Of a stretch of 64,000 nucleotides of DNA, positions 55,101 through 64,000 are shown one piece after another. The stretch is taken from the NCBI GenBank assembly GCA_028826165.1, contig JAPDFW010000003.1:39550-103549 (forward strand), in the 5' to 3' direction. The notes below the pieces were generated by a model. That model saw nothing but the letters and a program-made list of their open reading frames with translations, was not told where the DNA came from and did no database searches. Each line of letters opens with the position of its first letter. Within the stretch, counting starts at the first letter, position 1. Position numbers and translations under genes: made by a program. The stretch is from Anaeramoeba ignava BMAN (taxonomy: Eukaryota; Protista; Anaeramoebae).

Positions 55101-55271
55101 TTTTTGTTTTTCTTTTTGTTTTTCATTTCCTTTTTCATTTCCTTTTTCTTTTTCTTTTTCTTTTTCATTTTCTTTTTCATTTTCTTTTTCTTTTTCTTTT
55201 TCTTTTTCATTTTCTTTTTCATTTTCTTTTTCTTTTTCATTTTCATTTTCTTTTTCTTTTTCTAAATCCAT
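52143..55271 (-). CDS. ANKRD13: ANKRD13-family protein (ankyrin repeats + GPCR-chaperone domain)
   Basis: Exons 55271-54837, 54770-54654, 54321-54126, 53882-52967, 52492-52143. GDTPLLHA, WNVSTWIPFLSKFCPSD..IWKKGSNIRLDCTLIGF, FPLTIDQLLPILE, GFPVKLEIPLFP and FQIPENY. One indel inside the NSNQ repeat near 53500. Confidence 0.88.
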
Positions 55272-55568
55272 TCTTTAATAAAAAATAATAATAATCAAAA
55301 TAATAAAAAGAAAAAAATGAAAATCCAAAATTCAAAAAAATTTTTTTCATCATTTTTTTTTTCTAACAAATAAAATCCAAAATTTAATTTAAAATTAAAA
55401 AACAAATTTAAAAGAAAAAGATAAAAGGAGAAAAAGATTGAAAAGATTTAAAAAAAATTTTTTTATTATTCAGTTCATCTAATCAAAAAAACTCAAAAAA
55501 AAAAAAATGATGAATCAAATCCATCTCATCATTTTAATTTTCATTTTTTTCTTTTCATTTTTTTTTAA

Positions 55569-57793
55569 ATGAATAACAATGAATTAAATCTAAATCAAAA
55601 TCAAAATCAAAATCAAAATCAAAATCAAAATCAAAATCAAATTGAAAATCAAAATCAATTAGAAAATCAAAATCAAAATCAAAATCAAAATCAAAATCAA
55701 AATCAAAATCAATTAGAAAATCAAAATCAAAATCAAAATCAATTAGAAAATCAAAATCAAAATCAAATTCAAATTCAAATTCAAAATCAAAATCAAATTG
55801 AAAATCAAAATCAAATTGAAAATCAAAATCAAAATCAAAATCAAAATAAAATCAAAATCAAAATCAAAATCAAAATCAAAATCAAAATCAAAATCAAAAT
55901 CAAAATCAAAATCAAAATCAAAATCAAAATCAAAATCAAAATCAAAATCAAAATCAAAATCAAAATGAAAATCAAATTGGAAATCAAAATCAAAATCAAA
56001 ATCAAAATGAAAATATTATTGAAAAAATACCCTTATTAAACAATCCAGAAAGTCAACTAGTTAAACTTCAATTTCCTGAAAAAGAACCAATTATTGTTTC
56101 AGTTAAAAAAGGTCAGCAAATTTTAAATAGCTATGAAGAAAAAATCAAAAAACAATTACAACAACTTGAAAACCATGAATTTCAAGTTGGATTATCAAAT
56201 AAAAACAATAAAGATTTAGGAGAAGCCAAAATAATTATAAATGGCGAAAAGTTTGAATTGATAACTAAATTCGATCATTTTAGAAATTTATTAAACAAAA
56301 AAATCCAAATTAATCGAGATTTTAAAAACAAAAATATCATTCAATTAAGTTTTGGAAAAAATTCAACTCAATTATTTATGTGTTCATTTTATGAAACTTT
56401 TATTATATCTTTTGAAAATGAAATATTATGTGAAGAATTTATTGAATGTTTTAATATTTGCTATAAAGGCTCACATAAAATAATTCTTAAAGAAAATGAA
56501 TTTATTGTAAAAATTCTTGATAAAAATTTTCAAGAAATAGAAACAGGAAAAATTAGGATTAATGAAAATAAAGTTGAAATATATACACAAACAGAAACAT
56601 TTTCAAGTAATATTCTTTCAACAAAATTAGCATTGAAACAACAAATTTTTCGAATTACATTTCCTTTTGGTTTAAATGTGTTTATTTTTTTTCCAAATCC
56701 AAATGATAAAACAAGATTTTTACTGAATTATAAAAGAGTTTATGAAACAATGAACAATTTAACAAATGAAGAAAATCAAAATCAAGAAGAAAATCAAAAT
56801 CAAAATCAAAATCAAAATCAAGAAAATCAAAATCAAGAAAATCAAAATCAAGAAGAAAATCAAAATCAAAATCAAAATCAAGAAAATCAAAATCAAGAAA
56901 ATCAAAATCAAGAAGAAAATCAAGAAGAAAATCAAAAAAATAATAACAATAATAACAATAATAACAATAATAACAATAATAACAATAATCAAGACGGAAA
57001 TAATATCTTGAAAAATATCCCTATTCCAAATTTTCCTATTCCTCATAACCAAAATCTTGTTCCTGGTTTAAATCAATTATTTAATAATATCGAAAAAGTA
57101 AATGGAGGAATTTTTAATATTTTAAAAAATTTAGATCCAGAATTTGATATTGATTTGAAAAGAAAAAAGAAAAAGAAAAAGAAAAAGGAAAAGAAAAAGA
57201 AAAAAAAGAATAATTCCAAAAAAGATCAAATCAAAAATTCTAATAGTGATAGTGATAGTGATAGTGATTTAGATAAAGATATTAGTTATAAAATTCTTAA
57301 TCAAGAAAATCATTTTCAACAAAATCCTTCTCAAAAATTCCCAGTTTCTTTACTAGACAATAAAATGAACGAAACTGAAAAAGCTGAGTTTAATTTTTCT
57401 GAAAATACATTTAAATTTATTACTCAACATGAAAATTTTCCTGATTTACTTAAAAAAAATGTTAATATCACTCGGAATCCAAAAAACAATAAAATCATTG
57501 AAATGAATTTTATGAAAGTTAAACTTCCTGGATTATTTTGTTCAAAATGTGAAAGTTATTCAATTTCTTTTAATAATGAAGAAGAATGTCAAGAATTTCT
57601 TGAAAAATATCATTCAATTTGTGATAAAAAAATTATTCAAAAAGAAGATAATACTGAAAAATTTGGTCCTATTTCTCTTCAAATGACAGGCAAAAAAAGT
57701 GGGAAAAAAAAATTATTGGATATCGTTTTTAATGGGAATGATTTCCAATTAATTGATAAAGAAACTGGACAAATTCTTTCAAAAAATATTTGA
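55569..57793 (+). CDS. Uncharacterised protein with tandem ~90-aa PH-like modules, copy A
   Basis: ATG after a TCATTTTT motif, then an NQ repeat with a frame slip, then an open frame from ~56030 to 57793 with three repeated modules and a partial fourth. Confidence 0.65.
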
Positions 57794-57981
57794 AAGAAAA
57801 AGAAGAGAAAGAAAATTTTTTTTTTTTTTGTTTTTGATGTTTTAAAAATAAAAAAAGATCTGAAAAAGAGATGAATCAATTCCAACTCATCTTTTTTTTT
57901 TAATTTTAAAAATCAAAAAAAATTTTTTTCATTTTTTTTCTCTTCTTTTTAAAAAAAAACAATTTCTTTTTTCTTTTTGAA

Positions 57982-59997
57982 ATGAATCAAAATCAAAATT
58001 CAAATCAAAATCAAAATCAAAATCAAAATTCAAATCAAAATAAAAATAAAAATCAAAATCAAAATCAAAATTCAAATCAAAATCAAAATAAAAATCAAAA
58101 TCAAAATAAAAATCAAAATCAAAATCAAAATTCAAATCAAAATCAAAAAAAATCAAAATCAAAATCAAAATCAAAATCAAAATCAAAATCAAAATAAAAA
58201 TCAAAATCAAAATAAAAATCTAAATCAAAATCAAAAACAAAATCAAAATCAAAATTCAAATCAAAATCAAAATCTAAATCAAAACAAATCAAAATCAAAA
58301 TCAAAATTCAAATCAAAATCAAAATCAAATCGAAAATCAACTCGTTAAACTTCAATTTCCTGAAAAAGAACCAATTATTGTTTCAGTTAAAAAAGGAAAA
58401 CATTTTCTTGAAAAATATGAAGAACAAATCAAAAAATTCAAAGATCAACAAAAAAGAAGTCAACAAAATAAAATAAACGAACATATATTTCAAGTTGGAT
58501 TATCAAATAAAAACAGGGGAGATTTAGGAGAAGCCAAAATAATTATAAATGGAGAAAAGTTTGAATTGATAACTAAATTCGATCATTTTAGAAATTTATT
58601 AAACAAACAAATCCAAATTAATCGAGATTTTAAAAACAAAAATATCATCCAATTAAGTTTTGGAAAAAATTCAACTCAATTATTTATGTGTTCATTTTAT
58701 GAAACTTTTATTATATCTTTTGAAAATGAAATATTATGTGAAGAATTTATTGAATGTTTTAATATTTGCTATAAAGGCTCACATAAAATAATTCTTAAAG
58801 AAAATGAATTTATTGTAAAAATTCTTGATAAAAATTTTCAAGAAATAGAAACAGGAAAAATTAGAATTAATGAAAATAAAATTGAAATATATACACAAAC
58901 AGAAACATTTTCAAGTGATATTCTTTCAATAAAATTTGCTAGAAATGGAAATATTTTCAGAATCACATTTCCTTTTATTCAAGAAGTTGTTCTCTTTTTT
59001 CCAAATGATAAAGATAGAGTTAAATTTATGTTTCTTTATAAAAAAATTTCAAGAACTCAATCAAATCAAAAGGAGCGATTTGGTAAGTATAAAGAATAAG
59101 AAAAATCAAGAGATAAAACAAACTAAAACAAATTAATTTACTAATTGCTTTTTTTTGTTTGTTTGTTTAGTTCTTTCAAGAAATTCAAATGAAAATGAAA
59201 ATGAAAATCAAATTTTAAATTCAAATGAAAATCAAAATTCAAATCAAAATTCAAATCAAAATCAAAATTCAAATCAAAATTCAAATCAAAATCAAAATCA
59301 AAATGAAAATCAAAATCAAAATCAAAATTTAAATCCAAATTCAAATCAAAATGAAAATCAAATTCAAAATGAAAATATAAATTCAAATGAAAATATTGAT
59401 AAAGATGAAGAAATGATTAATTTTTCCATTTCATTACTTGATGAAAATAATAACAAAATTAACGAAGGAGAAATTATTGTAACAAAATACAACTTTGATT
59501 TGAAAGTAAATGATACAATTTTCAAAAATTTACTTCACAAAGATATTCAAGCATTTCGAGATTTTGAAGATAAAAGAATTATCAAATTAAGTTTTGAAAA
59601 AGAAACAAATAAAAAGTCAAGATTAAAACAAAGAGAAAGATTTCGGATTCTTTTTTTGGATCAAGAAGCAAGTAATGAATTTATGGAGATTATGAAAGGA
59701 TATCAACAAAAGCAAAGTTTAGATAATGATATTCTTCAAATATCAGTTTATATAATTGATGAAAATGAACAAATTATTGAATCTGCTGAAATTATTTTAA
59801 TGAGTGATGAAGTTAAATTAATCCGTAAAAATCAATCTTTTTCAACAAGAAATACTACTCCTTTTATTGCTGAAAAAAGTGAAAAATTTTCAAATGAAAT
59901 TTTCCTTGATATTGGTCAGAAAAAACCACTCAGAATTAAATTTTTAACTGAAAATGCAAGAGAAGAATTTTGTTATCGTTTGGAGTTTATTAATTAA
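57982..59997 (+). CDS. Uncharacterised protein with tandem PH-like modules, copy B
   Basis: Paralog of copy A; intron 59083-59170 (GTAAGT...TAG); frame slip in the N-terminal NQ repeat; four modules. Confidence 0.65.
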
Positions 59998-60408
59998 AAT
60001 CAAAATTCATTTTAAAATTGAAATTAAAATTAAAATCAAAATTAAAATCAAAATTAAAATCAAAATTAAAATTAAAATAAATTTTGAAATCAAAATTCAA
60101 ATTGAAATTGAAATTAAAATTAAAATTAAAATTAAAATCAAAATTCATTTTAAAATTAAAATTGAAATTAAAATTGAAATTAAAATCAAAATTAAAATTA
60201 AAATTAAAATTAAAATCAAAATTAAAATTTAAAATTAAAATTAAAATTAATAAAAAAGTGGAATAAATTTTGAAATCAAAATCAAAATTCAAATTGAAAT
60301 TGAAATTAAAATTCAATTTGAAAATAAAATAAAAATTAAAAAATCAAAAAAATTTTTTCATTTTTTTCTTTTCAAATTAAATTTAAAAAAAAAAAACCAA
60401 AAAATCAA

Positions 60409-60882
60409 ATGGAAAAAACAACAGGACTTCCACAACGTTCAATCGACATTTCAAGATTACCAAACGAACAAATCCAAGCATTAAAAGAGCAAATGGCGGG
60501 AGAAATAGATCAATTATCCAACGGAATCAACACATTTCAACAAGTATTAGCTCGATATGAAACATCAATTCAAACATTAAAATCAATAAGTGATTCACAA
60601 GAAAAAAAGCAAATACTTGTTCCTTTAACTGAATCAATGTATATTCCTGGTAAAATATCATCTCCAGACTATGTTTTAGTTGATATTGGAACCGGTTATT
60701 TTCTCCAAAAGAAAATTCCTGAAGCTGTTAAGTTTTTTGAAAGAAGACAAGTTACTGTAAAACAGAAAATTCAAGAATATCGTTCAGTTGTTGCTATTGA
60801 TGAGAAAAATCTTCAATTAATCAATTCTGTTCTTCAACAAAGAGTTTATGCTTATCAACAATTACAAAAGAAACAAATTTAA
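60409..60882 (+). CDS. PFDN5: Prefoldin subunit 5 (alpha type)
   Basis: ILVPLTESMYIPGKI...VLVDIGTGYFLQK is the prefoldin-5 hairpin motif; 157 aa. Confidence 0.95.
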   Translation: MEKTTGLPQRSIDISRLPNEQIQALKEQMAGEIDQLSNGINTFQQVLARYETSIQTLKSISDSQEKKQILVPLTESMYIPGKISSPDYVLVDIGTGYFLQKKIPEAVKFFERRQVTVKQKIQEYRSVVAIDEKNLQLINSVLQQRVYAYQQLQKKQI

Positions 60883-60884
60883 AA

Positions 60885-61500
60885 TTTAAAACAAATTTAA
60901 AATTTAAACCAAATTAAAAATAAATTTAAAACAAATTTAAAACAAATTTAAAATTAAAACCAAATTTAAAATTTAAAACAAATTTAAAATTTAAAACAAA
61001 TTTAAAAACAAATTTAAAACAAATTTAAATCAAATTCAAACAAAAACAAATTTAAACCAAATTTAAAAATAAATTTAAAATTTAAAAACAAATTTAAAAC
61101 AAATTTTAAAACAAATTTAAAACAAATTTAAAAACAAATTTAAAACTAAATTTAAAAATAAATTTAAATCAAATTTAAAACAAATTTAAATTTAAAACAA
61201 ATTTAAAACAAATTTAAAAATAAATTTAAAACAAATTTAAAACAAATTTAAAATTTAAAAACAAATTTAAAATTTAAAAATAAATTTAAAACAAATTTAA
61301 AACAAATTTAAAATTAAAATTTAAACCAAATTTAAACCAAATTTAAAACAAATTTAAATCAAATTCAAATCAAATTTAAACCAAATTTAAAATTTAAAAA
61401 TAAATTTAAAATTTAAAACAAATTTAAAATTAAAAACAAATTTAAAATTAAAACCAAATTTAAATTTAAAACTAAAATTAAAATTTAAACCAAATTTAAA
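60885..61500. repeat. 11-bp satellite (AAAACAAATTT)n between convergent genes
   Basis: Read directly. Confidence 0.93.
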
Positions 61501-61559
61501 AATAAAGAGATAAATAAAAGTTGATAAAAAAAATAATTTTGAATTTATTCTTTTTCAAT

Positions 61560-62933
61560 TTAATTCTTCATATTTTTATTCAATAAAATTACTTCTTCTG
61601 ATAATTCCTTTCTTTCTATTAAAATCTTTAAATGCTTCTTTAATTGTTTCTCAAATAATTCCCATACTTTCATATTTGTTTTTTCAATTGGCTTTTCAAT
61701 TTGTTTCCAAAATAATTTTTTTAAATCAAAATTTTCATTTGAAATTGAATCAAAAATTTCATTGATTTTTTCTAATAAATTTGGTTTTTCCCAATTTAAT
61801 CCAAGAAAGTTTTTATGAATAATCTCATCAAATTGAAATATATTATTAACTTGTTCCAAAATCCTTTTCTTTTGCATTTCTACATTCAAAACAAATTGAT
61901 TATTTTCATTTTCAACTAATTTTTCAAAACTTTTCCTTAAATTTTCAAAATTATTTTGAATTTGTTTTAATTCTTCAGTTAAAGTGATATTTTCTTGTTC
62001 AAACGCTTTCTTTTTCTCATCAAATTTTTTCTTTAAATTATTCAGTATTTCCCTTTTTTCAGATATAGTTGTTCTTTGTTGTTTGATTACTTCTTGATTT
62101 TCCAATTCTCTTTCTTTTAAAATTTCCAAATTATAATTCAACTTCACTAATTTTGTTTGATTTTCCATTTTTTGATTTTCAATTTCTAATTCTAGTTTTT
62201 GAATTTTAAGATCGAAATCTCTTCTTAATTCATTTGATTTCTCAATTTGTTCTTCATATTCTTCAATTAGATCCCAACTACTTAATGATATTTCTTGGAA
62301 TTTGGTTTGATGAAATGATTTTTCAACTTCTACTAATTTTTCAATTTGATTCTGAATTTTATAGTTTTTTTCTTTGGTCTGTGTTTTTAATAATTTGTAG
62401 AGTTTGTTTTGAAGTTGCATTTTTAATTCTTGTGATTTATTTTCCATAATTTCAAGATCATCTAAAAAAACTTTTTGAAGTTTTTGGGAATATTTTTCAT
62501 CGTTTTTACTTAAAATATCAAATTGTTCTTGTAATTTTTCTTCTTTATTTTCTGTTGAATTAATATTTAAGTTATTTTTATTAACTTCTTCTTGATTTGA
62601 ATCGATTTTTAATTGGAATGAATCAAATTGTTTTGTGTTTAATTTAATTTTTGAAAATTCTTCTTTTTTTAAGTTTATAAATTGTTTTAATTCCTCAATC
62701 AAATTATTAATTGTTTTGGAAATTTCTAAAATGAATGTTTCCTTTTCTTCTTCTTTTTGTTTTATTTTTTCTTTTTCTATTTTTTCTTGTTCGATTTTTT
62801 CCTCATTTATTTTGGAATTTTTTCCTTTAAATTTTTCATAAATTCTTTTTCTTCTATTTTCAATTCTTTCATTTTTTTCTTTTTGAAGTGAAATTTCTTC
62901 ATTTATTAATTTTATATTATTTAAAGTTTTCAT
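61560..62933 (-). CDS. DRC1: Dynein regulatory complex subunit 1 (DRC1/CCDC164)-like coiled-coil protein
   Basis: ERIENRRKRI, KLNYNLEILKERELEN, LNNLKKKF...FEQENITLTEE, DEIIHKNFLGLNWEKP and KVWELFEKQLKKHLKILIER occur in the order of the conserved DRC1 blocks as I recall them. Confidence 0.72.
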   Translation of the reverse strand: MKTLNNIKLINEEISLQKEKNERIENRRKRIYEKFKGKNSKINEEKIEQEKIEKEKIKQKEEEKETFILEISKTINNLIEELKQFINLKKEEFSKIKLNTKQFDSFQLKIDSNQEEVNKNNLNINSTENKEEKLQEQFDILSKNDEKYSQKLQKVFLDDLEIMENKSQELKMQLQNKLYKLLKTQTKEKNYKIQNQIEKLVEVEKSFHQTKFQEISLSSWDLIEEYEEQIEKSNELRRDFDLKIQKLELEIENQKMENQTKLVKLNYNLEILKERELENQEVIKQQRTTISEKREILNNLKKKFDEKKKAFEQENITLTEELKQIQNNFENLRKSFEKLVENENNQFVLNVEMQKKRILEQVNNIFQFDEIIHKNFLGLNWEKPNLLEKINEIFDSISNENFDLKKLFWKQIEKPIEKTNMKVWELFEKQLKKHLKILIERKELSEEVILLNKNMKN

Positions 62934-63069
62934 AATTTATTTTGAAAGAAAAATGAAAAATAAAAATGAAAAAAAATTTTTCAATTTGAATTTTTATTTT
63001 TGATTTTTGATTTTTGGAATTGACTTTGATTTTAAAAAAAAAAGAATAAGAAAAAAGAATAAATTTTTT

Positions 63070-63820
63070 GAATTTGAAATTGATTTTGAAATTGAAATCG
63101 AAATTGATTTTGAAATTGAAATTGAAATTGATTTTGAAATTGATTTTGAAATTGATTTTGAAATTGAAATTGAAATTGAAATTTAAATTTAAATTGAAAT
63201 TGATTTTGAAATTGAAATTGAAATTGATTTTGAAATTGAAATTGAAATTGAAATTGATTTTGATTTTGAAATTGAAATTGAAATTGAAATTGATTTTGAA
63301 ATTGAATTTGAAATTGATTTTGAAATTGAAATTGAAATTTAAATTGATTTTGAAATTGATTTTGATTTTGAAATTGAAATTGAAATTGAAATTGAAATTG
63401 GTTTTGATTTTGAAATTGAAATTGATTTTGAAATTGAAATTGATTTTGAAATTGAAATTGATTTATATTTTGAAATTGAAATTGATTTTGAAATTTAAAT
63501 TGAAATTGAAATTGAAATTGAAATTGAAATTGATTTTGATTTGGAAATTGAAATTTAAATTGAAATTGAAATTGAAATTGATTTTGAAATTGAAATTGAT
63601 TTTGAAATTGATTTTGAAATTGATTTTGAAATTGAAATTGAAATTGATTTTGAATTTGAAATTGAAATTGAAATTGAAATTGAAATTGAAATTGAAATTG
63701 AATTTGAAATTGATTTTGATTTTGAAATTGAAATTGAAATTGATTTTGATTTGGAAATTGAAATTGAAATTGAAATTGAAATTGATTTTGAAATTTGAAA
63801 TTGATTTTGAAATTGATTTT
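63070..63820. repeat. (AAATTG/ATTTTG)n satellite downstream of ALG5
   Basis: Read directly. Confidence 0.93.
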
Positions 63821-63823
63821 GAT

Positions 63824-64000
63824 TTAATTTTCTTTCTTTTTTTGAATTGAATCAGTTAATTTAATTTTCCAAATTCCCAAAGAATAAAGAACAAACATAC
63901 GAAGAATATCCCAACCCATTTCAACACTAGTTTTAAGAACACTAACTTTAGATCCTTCCATTTCAATCCAATTCACAGGAACTTCAGCAATTGGAATTGT
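63824..64000 (-). CDS. ALG5: Dolichyl-phosphate beta-glucosyltransferase ALG5, C-terminal 58 aa (gene runs off the window)
   Basis: Hand translation TIPIAEVPVNWIEMEGSKVSVLKTSVEMGWDILRMFVLYSLGIWKIK...* matches the ALG5 C-terminal EVPVNW.E..GSK...M..D motif. Confidence 0.85.
   Translation of the reverse strand, partial: TIPIAEVPVNWIEMEGSKVSVLKTSVEMGWDILRMFVLYSLGIWKIKLTDSIQKKKEN

Noticed and set aside
63070-63820. Telomeric repeat
   Set aside because: The array is degenerate, internal and flanked by genes on both sides.
1-64000. U12-type or non-GT-AG introns; alternative genetic code
   Set aside because: All 40 traced introns are GT-AG without the RTATCCTT donor. TAA, TAG and TGA all end genes, and conserved exons have no in-frame stops.

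Overview
Extremely AT-rich, gene-dense eukaryotic (protist) nuclear DNA with about 20 protein-coding genes and 40 GT-AG spliceosomal introns that I traced by hand. Genes: two VIT-VWA (VWA5A-like) paralogs, a SANT/Myb protein, Mtr4 helicase, Med11, a WD40 protein, Dim1, an ankyrin-BTB protein, BABAM2/BRE, a CH-RasGAP-PH protein, Mis12, ORMDL, an ALY/REF-like RRM protein, NuoF with an organellar presequence, ANKRD13, two tandem paralogs built from an unrecognised repeated module, prefoldin 5, a shortened DRC1 and the 3' end of ALG5. The style suggests an anaerobic metamonad such as Anaeramoeba, but this is inference only. Introns and most 3' intergenic regions are filled with locus-specific 5-12 bp satellites. 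The most unusual signals are: (1) 19 of 40 acceptors are AAG, often after an A-tract instead of a pyrimidine tract, with AG-poor intron satellites; (2) a sense-oriented TTCATTTATAAAA motif shared by introns of unrelated genes; (3) an A-to-T switch in synonymous codon endings across individual exons; (4) tandem TCATTTTT initiator-like motifs before nearly every ATG. Several apparent frameshifts lie in homopolymers or repeats and are probably assembly errors.
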